Assembly (NCBI GenBank): GCA_965232345.1
Contig: OZ246969.1
Location: 523,987 to 587,986 of the forward strand
Length of the DNA: 64,000 nt
Direction: 5' to 3'
From: Arenicellales bacterium
GTDB lineage: Bacteria > Pseudomonadota > Gammaproteobacteria > Arenicellales > JAJDZL01
Part shown: piece after piece, positions 47,084 to 55,855 of the stretch
Layout: each line of letters opens with the position of its first letter
Numbering within the stretch: position 1 is the stretch's first letter
Notes under the pieces: generated by a model
Told to the model about the DNA's origin: nothing
The model's database searches: none
What the model saw: the letters and a program-made list of their open reading frames with translations, nothing else
Program-made: the position numbers and the translations under genes

Positions 47084-49201
47084 ATGGATGTGAATTTAAT
47101 CGCGTTATTAGAAAATGAGAAAACTGGCTTTTTGGTTGTATTTGTGATTCTGTATTGGCTTTACTGTTTTTACTGGGGGATACGGGGAGCAGTGAAAGCC
47201 AAAACCGCGAGTGATTACTTCATCGCCGGCCGGCAACTGCCGCGCTGGGCGTTTGTGTTTGCGGCTACCGCGACTTCGTTTTCAGGGTGGATTTTCCTGG
47301 GACTTCCGGGTCTGCTGAAGCCCGATGGCTTTCTGTACGCTTATGCGTCTTTCTACGCGATCGCCATCCCTTTCGCAGGTGTCATTCTGCTCAAGCGCCA
47401 ATGGATGCTTGGCAAGCATTTCGGATTCGTAACGCCAGGTGAGATGCTGTCGCATTATTTCAGATCTGACATCATACGGGTTCTGGTCGTGATCGTGGCG
47501 TTGTGCTTCTCAGTTCCATACCTTGGCATTCAGATGCGTGCGTCAGGTTTCTTGCTCAACACGGTTACTGATGGCGAACTCGGCGTCAATGTCGGCATGT
47601 GGCTGCTTTCTGCGGTCATGTTCATCTATGTCGCTTTAGGTGGCCTGCGTGCAGCCGCTTATGTTGACAGGTTTCATATGATTTTGCTGGTGCCCTTTGT
47701 CATATTGCTCTGTCTAATGGCAGTGGGTTTATCCTTTAAATTTGGTGATCCATTTGAAATGGTCAACGAGGGAGCCAGCAAACTTGCGGCGATGGACAAA
47801 TCGCCCACTTCAGATGGTTACAGCCACTACATTGCGATACCGGGTGTCATACAGTTTGTCTCGTCCGGACCGGCAGCGGTTGGCGGCCCCTGGACAGGCA
47901 TTATGATTCTGACCTACATGTTTGCGCTGATGGGCATTCAGTCCTCACCGGCATTCTCAATGTGGGCTTTTGCGAACACCAGTCCCAAGCCGTTCGCCAG
48001 GCAGCAAGTGTGGGTGTCCTCACTGTGCATTGGGTTCATCCTGTTCTTCTTCACAGCCATTCAAAGCATTGATGGATACTCACTTGGCGAGGACATCTCT
48101 TTTCTCGCCAGACATCTAGACCCAACGAACTACGTGCTTGGCGCTGGAGTGGGTGGAATGAATTTGATGGAGTCCGCGTCAAATCAAAGTGTGCTGGTAG
48201 CTTTATTTGTTGGTGCTTTGACAGACAGTACCCCATGGTTCATTGCATTAATTTCACTGTGTGCGCTTGCCGCAATGCAGTCGACCGGCGCGGCGTATGT
48301 ATCAACCGCAGGTGCTATGCTCACGAGAGACGTGCTTAAGAGCTTCGTCATGCCCAACATCACCCACAAGCAGCAGAAGATGTACGCGCGAATCTTCGTT
48401 GGCCTCATTCTCGTGGCAGCGCTCATGGTTGCCACCGCCTCGACTGATTCGCTGGCGCTGCTGGGCGGATTGGCTGTGGCATTGGGATTTCAGATGTGGC
48501 CGGCCTTGCTCGCTGTGTGCTACTTCCCGTGGCTGACGCGTGCTGGAATCACAATTGGTCTGGCCGTTGGCATGGTCGTTGTGGTGTGTACAGAAGCAAT
48601 CGGGCAGAACCTCGGAATCTCTGCCTGGGGACGATGGCCCTGGACGATTCACTCAGCAGGCTGGGGCATCATCTTCAATTTGGGGCTTGCAGTGATCATT
48701 TCGGCCTTGACTCAGAATCGTGCAGATCATGAAGACGAAACGAAATTCCAAAGATTTCTGGCCGAGCATGCGGCAACGCCGAAGTCTAAACTCGGCTTGA
48801 TACCGACTGCGTGGATTACCGCACTGATCCGTTTCTTCTTTGAGAATCGCGAAGATCGCGAGCACAAAATGAAGTACCACAATTTTTTGGCCGAGCATGC
48901 GGCAGTGCCGGAGTCCAAGCGCGGCTTGATACCAGCTGCCTGGATCATCACACTGGCCTGGTTTTTCTTCGGAATCGGCCCAGGTGCGGTTATTGGAAAC
49001 ACCATCTTCGGCAATCCCGCTTTTTCGGGTGACTGGCTGTTTGGCATACCTTCAATCTGGGCATGGCAGATTCTGTGGTGGGTGCTGGGCGTGTTTATGA
49101 TGTGGTTCCTGGCCTACAAGATGAAAATGTCAACCATGCCGAAAGATGTCGAGATCGAGGTTCTTCACGAAGATATCGGAGATGTCCAAGAAGAGTCTTG
49201 A
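47084..49201 (+). CDS. sodium:solute symporter (SSF) family transporter with extended C-terminus
   Basis: Multi-TM ORF of about 705 aa. The ATG at 47084 follows AAGGAGAAAAACA. It has an SSF-like N-terminal core (DYFIAGRQLP). The C-terminal region contains a tandem 43-aa duplication. Confidence 0.78.
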   Translation: MDVNLIALLENEKTGFLVVFVILYWLYCFYWGIRGAVKAKTASDYFIAGRQLPRWAFVFAATATSFSGWIFLGLPGLLKPDGFLYAYASFYAIAIPFAGVILLKRQWMLGKHFGFVTPGEMLSHYFRSDIIRVLVVIVALCFSVPYLGIQMRASGFLLNTVTDGELGVNVGMWLLSAVMFIYVALGGLRAAAYVDRFHMILLVPFVILLCLMAVGLSFKFGDPFEMVNEGASKLAAMDKSPTSDGYSHYIAIPGVIQFVSSGPAAVGGPWTGIMILTYMFALMGIQSSPAFSMWAFANTSPKPFARQQVWVSSLCIGFILFFFTAIQSIDGYSLGEDISFLARHLDPTNYVLGAGVGGMNLMESASNQSVLVALFVGALTDSTPWFIALISLCALAAMQSTGAAYVSTAGAMLTRDVLKSFVMPNITHKQQKMYARIFVGLILVAALMVATASTDSLALLGGLAVALGFQMWPALLAVCYFPWLTRAGITIGLAVGMVVVVCTEAIGQNLGISAWGRWPWTIHSAGWGIIFNLGLAVIISALTQNRADHEDETKFQRFLAEHAATPKSKLGLIPTAWITALIRFFFENREDREHKMKYHNFLAEHAAVPESKRGLIPAAWIITLAWFFFGIGPGAVIGNTIFGNPAFSGDWLFGIPSIWAWQILWWVLGVFMMWFLAYKMKMSTMPKDVEIEVLHEDIGDVQEES

Positions 49202-49236
49202 TGTCGACTGGCTCGAATGATCATTCGATAGAAGAT

Positions 49237-49266
49237 AAAGGGAGGGGTTGCCCTCCCTTTATCGTA
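49237..49266 (+). terminator. intrinsic terminator after the SSF transporter gene
   Basis: Perfect 10-bp stem AAAGGGAGGG / CCCTCCCTTT with a GTTG loop, 36 nt after the stop. Confidence 0.7.
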
Positions 49267-49660
49267 AATTCTGCAGGTGATTTTGATGCAGTCCCAGTTC
49301 GTGCGGCCGCGCGCAGCTGAATTCAGTGCGCCGGTCTGCCAGCCGCTTTAACACAGCAACTCGTTGCTGCACTCCACAATGCAGCCAAGAAACTGGCGGG
49401 CGCAGTGCTTGAAATCCAGATTATTGCACACGCATCAGTTGGTCTCAACCGGTGAACTCGCAGGTGCGCGAAAGGCACATCGCCACCTTTGCCCGCAGAA
49501 AAATCAAAGATTCCGCTGAGGTGATTAAGCCGAAATCAGCTGGCGTGGGATCGTTTCAGTCAATTTAAATCAAGAGATAGAAACTTAGGAAGTTGATCGG
49601 CTCACAGCCTGCCAATGGAGTAGAATAAAATTGATCGAATCCCCGAAAGAAGTGAAAATA

Positions 49661-50329
49661 ATGACGAAGTCGTCAGAAATAGACACCGAAATCCCCTCAC
49701 CTCGGGCGACCTATCAAGATGTGCTGAACGCACCGCCTGACCTGATCACAGAAATAGTTGACGGCATTCTCTATACCTTCTCCAGACCTGCTGTTCCACA
49801 AGACTTCGCATATTCTGGGCTTGGAGGCATCATGAGTCAATCATTTCAGTACGGTCGAGGCGGACCGGGCGGTTGGTGGATTCTCTCTGAACCTGAAGTT
49901 CATTTGAGCGCTGAAATTTTGGTACCCGACATAGCAGGCTGGCGACGCGAGAGAGTCGCAACGCTTCCGCCAGGTGCATACCATACCGTGGCACCTGATT
50001 GGATCTGCGAGGTGCTTTCCCCTTCAACTGAAGAGCATGATCGCGGCCGCAAGCAGAAAGTGTATGCGCGAGAAGGCGTGGATTTTCTTTGGTTTGTAGA
50101 CCCAATTGCCCGGTCATTGGAGGCGTATAGACTACGCGGCACGGAGTGGGAATTGATTGGCGAACTGTACAACGACGCTCAAGTATCGTTGCCGCCCTTT
50201 GAGGCGATCATCTTCGATCTCAGTGACTTGTGGCTGCCCCCTATTTTTCATAGGGGCACACCAATGACAGAGCAGTCGGACCGACTCGCAACTGAATCTG
50301 AGCCAGCGATTATCGAAACCTCAAAGTGA
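49661..50329 (+). CDS. Uma2-family (DUF820) putative endonuclease, paralog 1
   Basis: ATYQDVLNAP..EIVDG.LY, PDIAGWRRER and APDWICEVLSPST..D..K motifs typical of Uma2 PD-(D/E)xK-like proteins. The track start TTG at 49631 is an alternative. Confidence 0.8.
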   Translation: MTKSSEIDTEIPSPRATYQDVLNAPPDLITEIVDGILYTFSRPAVPQDFAYSGLGGIMSQSFQYGRGGPGGWWILSEPEVHLSAEILVPDIAGWRRERVATLPPGAYHTVAPDWICEVLSPSTEEHDRGRKQKVYAREGVDFLWFVDPIARSLEAYRLRGTEWELIGELYNDAQVSLPPFEAIIFDLSDLWLPPIFHRGTPMTEQSDRLATESEPAIIETSK

Positions 50330-50451
50330 AGTCAAGCATCTCATGGTGTACATGTCGGTCAATCGGAATCAAGATTCAGAGTTTTGACTGTCTCACAGCA
50401 TTCCAGTGGAGTAGAATATTTGTCAGTACACATTGAAAGGTAAAAATTACG

Positions 50452-51087
50452 ATGAACAAATTGCAGGGAAACAAAACCGAGAATACAACTCGTCGAGCGA
50501 CCTATCAGGATGTGCTTAATGCACCTGCGCACTTGGTTGCAGAACTTATCGACGGAAAGCTCTACACCCAACCAAGACCCGGTTTTCCGCACGCCACTGC
50601 CAATTCGAGACTTATGAGTCGGCTTGGCCCGCCCTTTGACTTCGGTGAAGGCGGTCCTGGCGGCTGGTGCATAGTCATTGAACCTGAACTTCATCTGAAT
50701 AAGGACATATTGGTTCCGGACATGGCGGGTTGGCGACGCGAGCGAATGCCAGAGATTCCAACTGGAGCCTACACCGCGCTGGCTCCCGACTGGGTGTGTG
50801 AAGTGCTGTCTCCTTCCACGCAGAAGCTTGATCGCAGCCTCAAACAACACATCTATGCGCGCGAAAGTGTGGGTTATCTTTGGTTTGTTGATCCGCAAGT
50901 CAAGTCCTTGGAAGCATATCGATTGTGTGGCGTTGAGTGGGGGCTGATCGATAAACTTTTCAAAAACGATCGCGTGTCTTTGCCGCCCTTTGAGGAAATC
51001 AGTTTCAATCTTGGGGATTTGTGGCTACCGCCTACGGTACACAAAGGCACACCGATGACAATCCAGTCAGACCAACTCACTGCTTAG
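50452..51087 (+). CDS. Uma2-family (DUF820) putative endonuclease, paralog 2
   Basis: 211-aa ORF with the same motifs (PDMAGWRRER, APDWVCEVLSPST). Confidence 0.8.
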   Translation: MNKLQGNKTENTTRRATYQDVLNAPAHLVAELIDGKLYTQPRPGFPHATANSRLMSRLGPPFDFGEGGPGGWCIVIEPELHLNKDILVPDMAGWRRERMPEIPTGAYTALAPDWVCEVLSPSTQKLDRSLKQHIYARESVGYLWFVDPQVKSLEAYRLCGVEWGLIDKLFKNDRVSLPPFEEISFNLGDLWLPPTVHKGTPMTIQSDQLTA

Positions 51088-51130
51088 TCTGAACCGGAAC
51101 TGATTGGACAATTGAAGTGAGAATGAGAGT
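50716..51130 (+). repeat. near-identical segment shared with 51508-51920 (3' half of Uma2 paralog 2 plus about 40 nt downstream)
   Basis: The offset is exactly 792 bp. Only scattered mismatches are visible by eye, whereas the 5' halves of the two genes are clearly more diverged. Confidence 0.8.
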
Positions 51131-51243
51131 CTTTGTATTCAATTTACGATATTTTCGATCGAAAGATGCCTGCGAAATTGATCGTTTCAAAAAGTGCTGC
51201 TGAAGTAGAGTTCCAGTAGTGAACATCAAAGACAAACATCAAG

Positions 51244-51879
51244 ATGAGCAAATCGCAGGAAACCAAAACTGAGGCGACATCACCGCGAGCGACTTATCAG
51301 GACGTGTTGGACGCCCCGCCAAACATGGTTGCAGAAATTGTTGACGGCAGACTCTACACCCTGCCAAGACCTGCTTTTCCGCACACTTATGCCAATTCAG
51401 TGCTCAAGGATCTGGTCAGTCCACCATTTCACCTGGGCCGCGGAGGACCGGGTGGCTGGTGGATACTTTTTAAACCACAAATTCACTTGGGCGCGGACAT
51501 TTTAGCTCCGGACATGGCAGGTTGGCGGCGCGAGCGAATGCCAGAGATTCCAACTGGAGCCTTCACCGCGCTGGCTCCTGACTGGGTATGTGAAGTGTTG
51601 TCTCCTTCCACGCAGAAGCTTGATCGCAGCCTCAAACAACACATCTATGCGCGCGAAAGTGTGAGTTATCTTTGGTTTGTTGATCCGCAAGTCAAGTCCT
51701 TGGAAGCATATCGATTATGTGGCGTTGAGTGGGAGCTGATCGATAAACTTTTCAAAAACGATCGCGTGTCTTTGCCACCCTTTGAGGCGATCAGTTTCAA
51801 TCTCGGGGATTTGTGGCTGCCACCCACGTTACACAAAGGCACACCGATGACAGTGCAGTCGGACCAACTCACTGCTTAG
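51244..51879 (+). CDS. Uma2-family (DUF820) putative endonuclease, paralog 3
   Basis: 211-aa ORF. The C-terminal half is almost identical to paralog 2. Confidence 0.8.
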   Translation: MSKSQETKTEATSPRATYQDVLDAPPNMVAEIVDGRLYTLPRPAFPHTYANSVLKDLVSPPFHLGRGGPGGWWILFKPQIHLGADILAPDMAGWRRERMPEIPTGAFTALAPDWVCEVLSPSTQKLDRSLKQHIYARESVSYLWFVDPQVKSLEAYRLCGVEWELIDKLFKNDRVSLPPFEAISFNLGDLWLPPTLHKGTPMTVQSDQLTA

Positions 51880-51920
51880 TCTGAACCGGAATTGATTGAA
51901 TCATCGAAGTGAGAAAGAGT
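51508..51920 (+). repeat. near-identical segment shared with 50716-51130
   Basis: See the partner repeat. The similarity runs past the stop codon (tagtctgaaccgga...). Confidence 0.8.
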
Positions 51921-52004
51921 TATTCCTTCCTTGTGAGATATCGAATCTGCGGGGACGCAATCTGCCCGCTCATTGTGAGTTAAAGAATTCCTAGCTCGTC
52001 TGAG

Positions 52005-53198
52005 CTATATCGGATTGATATCCAGGTAGATGTTTTCCAGGGTGACTCGCTCCTGCTCGCCATCAACCGATACCCACCCGCGGCTGTCCGGGCCGGTGTG
52101 GAACCGAAACTCAAATCCTTCGTCATCATCGTCCTCATGCAGCGCATAACCCCAGGTTTGGCCAGATTTTGAGTCAAGCGCTCCGTGCATCAGGCGAACC
52201 AGTTCCCCCGACTTGAACACTTCTGTGGAAGCAATGAATTTCTCTCCGTCGGACACCGCGGCATTCGGTGTCAGTTCAAAACCGTTCTTCTTGCTGGAAT
52301 GAGGAACGATGGTCCCAGAGTCCATTTGAATTCGATCGCCGTTCTCAAGGTAGCTGAGCCGCACATTGGTGATTGTCGGTTCGAACCAGGAGTCCTTGAA
52401 GGTTGACTCGGACAGATCAACAATGACAATGCCGCGGTTGCCCAGCACCTCGACAGACTCGCCATGCACCAGGGCTGCGGTATCCAGCCCGACACCGATT
52501 CCGTACCGCATGCCAAACTGATGCATGGCCACAAAGGCAGCTGCGAATCGGCCGCGGCTGAAAAAGTGCTGATCGACATACCAGTCGTTTTCCAAAAGTT
52601 TCAATCCGGCGGCGAAGTCATCGTCATCCAGCTCCCCCTCATCCAATACATGAAGCGGATCGGCGTCAGTGGAAACAACAACTCTGCCGGGAATGCCGCC
52701 GACGATCAGCGCACCATTCTCATAAGCTTCCTCGACCGCGCCCGCCAGTGGGGTTGGCCGGCCCTTGCGATCAATCAGCACCTTTGACAGACGCTGGGGG
52801 GCGCCGCCGACGAAAAACACTGAACTCGCATTCTGCAGCCTTTCAATGGTTGGAGCGTCTTCGGCAAGAAAACGGAAGTCGGTGGAGAATTCCTGGAATT
52901 CTTCCGCCAGCGGAACCAGATCCGCTTCCTTGCCATATTGCTGGTAGGAGCGAAGCGCGAAACCGCCGTACAATTTCGGGCGTTTATGCGCCGCGGCAAT
53001 CACCAGGTGCTCACCGGCTCTGCGTTCCGACAATCGAACCAAATTCCGCCACACAACCTGATTGTTGAGCGGCAGCACGTCGCCCACCAGCATGATGAGT
53101 CCATCGGTGGCAGTAGCTGGAACCGGAGATGCCGCGAGCAGAACTGCAAGCGCCGACTTCAGCAAGTATCTGTTCTTGAATTTCATTGGACTCCGCAA
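52005..53198 (-). CDS. exported cyanophycinase-like (peptidase S51-like) protein, probably catalytically inactive
   Basis: 397-aa ORF with a signal peptide (ALAVLLAASPVPATA). S51-like blocks are FFVGGAPQRL, VDQHFFSRGRF and GIGVGLDTAALV. However, GGIPGR sits where GxSAG is expected and LDT sits where IDE is expected (alignment by eye). Confidence 0.5.
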   Translation of the reverse strand: MRSPMKFKNRYLLKSALAVLLAASPVPATATDGLIMLVGDVLPLNNQVVWRNLVRLSERRAGEHLVIAAAHKRPKLYGGFALRSYQQYGKEADLVPLAEEFQEFSTDFRFLAEDAPTIERLQNASSVFFVGGAPQRLSKVLIDRKGRPTPLAGAVEEAYENGALIVGGIPGRVVVSTDADPLHVLDEGELDDDDFAAGLKLLENDWYVDQHFFSRGRFAAAFVAMHQFGMRYGIGVGLDTAALVHGESVEVLGNRGIVIVDLSESTFKDSWFEPTITNVRLSYLENGDRIQMDSGTIVPHSSKKNGFELTPNAAVSDGEKFIASTEVFKSGELVRLMHGALDSKSGQTWGYALHEDDDDEGFEFRFHTGPDSRGWVSVDGEQERVTLENIYLDINPI

Positions 53199-53232
53199 CG
53201 TTGGAAAAATGATTCTGGAAATTCCGATCCAG

Positions 53233-54984
53233 TCACCATGACCTCAGATTAGTCAGACGGGCATACAGATTGGGCAGAACTTCCGGCATTGCATTCAGGT
53301 GCGAGTAAACCGCATAGTTTCCAGGGCCGAACAGGTGATTCAGATAGCGCGGACCTTCCTGGTCGATCGTCAGCCCGAAACTGAGCACACCCTTTGAGCG
53401 CTGTTCAAGAAGCGCCCGACGAGTGTCTTCAAGCGCGTATTTTCCTTCATAGCGATCCGTCGGATCGTGCGGTTTGCCATCAGTCAGCACCAGCAGCAGT
53501 TTCTGCCTTGACTTTTGCTGTGCCAGCTTGGCTCCGACATGCCGGACCGCCGCTCCGATTCGGGTATAGTTCTGCGGCTTGACTTCAAGTATGTTTCGCT
53601 GCACCTGCTCGTCATAGACCTGATCGAATGTCTTGATCCGGTCGCAGCGCACCCGCAGCCGGCTGTCGCTTGAGAAGCTGTAGAGTGCGAAATCATCTCC
53701 TGCAGAACTCAGCACCTGCGCCAGCACCGCCAATGACTGCTTGGCGATCTCGATTATCCGCTCGTTGTCAACCCTGGCCTGGGTTGATCTGGACGCATCC
53801 ATCAGCACCGCAACCGAGATGTCGCGATGCTGATGGAATCTCTCCCGATAGAATCTGGAATCGTGCACGCCGCAGCCCTTCCGATCTCCGATAAGCGTCA
53901 CCACAGCGTCAACATCCACTTCGTCACCCGACTCCAGAAACCGTTTCCAGTGAGGCTCCTGCTCAATCAGCATGTATTTTTTTCGAACTTTCTCCACCAG
54001 CGCCGCGAACCGATAGTCCAGCTCGGCGCTGTAGCCTCCTTTCGGCGGCTGCTCCATCAGCCGGCACCATTTGGTTCGGTAGACCTGATCGAAGCAGTTC
54101 CACTCCGGATAAATGTAATGATCGCGGATGGCCGCAAGCCCTTCCTGCTGTTCAACGACCAGCTCCTCATCGAATCGACCGGTCCTGACCGACTCCAGAT
54201 CATCCACATCGGACTGTGGATTCCTGGGGCGCTTGAACCAGGGCAGACGCAGTTTCGGCGCCTTTCTGCTGCGATATGACCATAACGGCACCGGCAGGAA
54301 CGGCACAGTCCGCCCGTGCCAGCGGGTGCTGTCCTCGACTCTCGCCCCGCATTTGACCCTGTCAATCATCTCGCTCAGCGACTGCTCCCGACAGGGCTTG
54401 CCGCTGCCCAGTTCATATCGAATCGCAGATTCCAGCACCAATGCGGGATTGCGGACGTTTCCCGAAGGGTCCGCGTACGCCAGTCGACGCTGCCCCAGCT
54501 CTTCAGCACACAGGCGCTCATATCGATGCGTCAGGTTTGGAAACATTTCAAGCAGCCGCTGAGTCGTTCCGATTCCCTGCAGCAGGTGCCGTATGCCGGG
54601 CGGAAGTGTCTCAGTGCCCGGATAAGGCTGATCAGCCGCCAAAACTGCGGCCAGCCAGTAATACAGTTCGCGGTTGAGTTCCTGAGTTGAATAGCGATTG
54701 ATGCGCCGCGGCAGATGAATCTTTCCCGGCTCTTTCCATGCCTGCAGGTCCGCTCCGCCGTGCGACGTAATGGCGAGAGCATCCTGAGCCTGCGCGAACT
54801 CCTCGACTTTGCTGTCCAGATCGCCCCCCAGCGCGTGAAAATAAAGTCCCAAACCGCTTGCCAGGTCCTTGCCGGCAACCGCGCACTGCGGGTGCCGCAG
54901 CCGGCCGGCCAGACCGAACAGCGCGCTGTACCAGATGACGGTCAGGCCATCGATGAAATAGTGATCACGCAGCGAAGTAGGCAT
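53233..54984 (-). CDS. VWA-domain protein, CbbO/NorD family
   Basis: 583-aa ORF with a C-terminal von Willebrand A domain and a MIDAS-like LMDASRST motif. It overlaps the 3' end of the CbbQ-like gene by 20 nt. Confidence 0.8.
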   Translation of the reverse strand: MPTSLRDHYFIDGLTVIWYSALFGLAGRLRHPQCAVAGKDLASGLGLYFHALGGDLDSKVEEFAQAQDALAITSHGGADLQAWKEPGKIHLPRRINRYSTQELNRELYYWLAAVLAADQPYPGTETLPPGIRHLLQGIGTTQRLLEMFPNLTHRYERLCAEELGQRRLAYADPSGNVRNPALVLESAIRYELGSGKPCREQSLSEMIDRVKCGARVEDSTRWHGRTVPFLPVPLWSYRSRKAPKLRLPWFKRPRNPQSDVDDLESVRTGRFDEELVVEQQEGLAAIRDHYIYPEWNCFDQVYRTKWCRLMEQPPKGGYSAELDYRFAALVEKVRKKYMLIEQEPHWKRFLESGDEVDVDAVVTLIGDRKGCGVHDSRFYRERFHQHRDISVAVLMDASRSTQARVDNERIIEIAKQSLAVLAQVLSSAGDDFALYSFSSDSRLRVRCDRIKTFDQVYDEQVQRNILEVKPQNYTRIGAAVRHVGAKLAQQKSRQKLLLVLTDGKPHDPTDRYEGKYALEDTRRALLEQRSKGVLSFGLTIDQEGPRYLNHLFGPGNYAVYSHLNAMPEVLPNLYARLTNLRSW

Positions 54985-55753
54985 CGACTATTTCCAGCAG
55001 GCTCTCGCGGATGATGAGATCGTCAGTGAGTGAGTCAACCAGCGCCACCTCACACGCCCGGCGCGCTGCCAATCCGTCCTGAATGAGATGCGCGGCGTGA
55101 ACCAGCAGCCGGGTGGACGCCGTCTCCTCGATGTCATGCCCTTCCACTTCGCGCAGCCGCTGTCCGAGAGAGACGAGTGCTTTCGCAACTTTGGCGTCAA
55201 CACCGGTTTCCGCGACGACGATCTCCGCTTCCTTGGCCGCTTCGGGAAAATCGAATGTCATCGAGACGAACCGCTGCCGCGTGCTCTGCTTCAGATTCTT
55301 GAACAGGTTCTGATAGCCCGGATTGAATGAGACAACGAGCATGAATTCAGGCGGTGCGGGTATGACCTCTCCGGTCCGGTCCAGGTAGAGGGTGCGCCGG
55401 TCATCGCACAGCGGGTGCAGCACCACTGTTGTGTCTTTGCGCGCTTCGACGATTTCATCCAGATAGCAGATGCCGCCCTCGCGCACCGCCTTCGTCAGCG
55501 GACCGTCCTGCCAGACGGTTTCGTCATCTTTGATCAGGTATCGGCCCAGCAGATCAGCCGCGGACAGCTCATCATGGCAGGCGACTGTGAACAGCGGACG
55601 ATTCAGTCTGGCGGCCATGTGCCGGACAAAGCGCGTCTTGCCGCAGCCGGTCGGGCCTTTCAGCAAGACCGCCAGTCTGCGCCGATGGGCGGATTGAAAG
55701 ACTTCAGTCTCCTCGCTTTGCGAGAGATAGAACGGCAACGGGCTGCCGGTCAT
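54965..55753 (-). CDS. AAA+ ATPase, CbbQ/NirQ/NorQ/GpvN (MoxR-like) family
   Basis: 262-aa ORF with Walker A LLKGPTGCGKT, Walker B ICYLDEIVEA and SFNPGYQ motifs. Confidence 0.85.
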   Translation of the reverse strand: MTGSPLPFYLSQSEETEVFQSAHRRRLAVLLKGPTGCGKTRFVRHMAARLNRPLFTVACHDELSAADLLGRYLIKDDETVWQDGPLTKAVREGGICYLDEIVEARKDTTVVLHPLCDDRRTLYLDRTGEVIPAPPEFMLVVSFNPGYQNLFKNLKQSTRQRFVSMTFDFPEAAKEAEIVVAETGVDAKVAKALVSLGQRLREVEGHDIEETASTRLLVHAAHLIQDGLAARRACEVALVDSLTDDLIIRESLLEIVDAYFAA

Positions 55754-55855
55754 CGGTCTGTCACCGACAAGACACTTCTGCCGATTCCGAAGTTGATTCG
55801 ATATACTTCAAAACAACAACCCGAAATCGGTTTCACTTGGGTCAGATCACAGTTC

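Noticed and set aside
49270-49600. A GC-richer stretch of about 330 bp with no ORF of 60 aa or more, between the SSF terminator and the first Uma2 gene. It includes small hairpins (CAGCAAC-tcg-TTGCTG; GCTGCA...TGCAGC) and a start-less frame reading ...AALTQQLVAALHNAAKKLAGAVLEIQIIAHA....
   Set aside because: I could not assign it to any RNA family or gene remnant by eye. It might be a pseudogene fragment or an sRNA, but I have no positive evidence. It is worth an Rfam or BLASTX check only.
55415-55855. The 5' extension of the cupredoxin ORF (track ORF 55415-56614, 399 aa), running antisense through the CbbQ-like gene.
   Set aside because: The first 147 codons overlap a well-supported AAA+ gene on the other strand and have no recognisable features. 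The ATG at 55856 gives a sensible N-terminus with basic residues followed by a TM helix.
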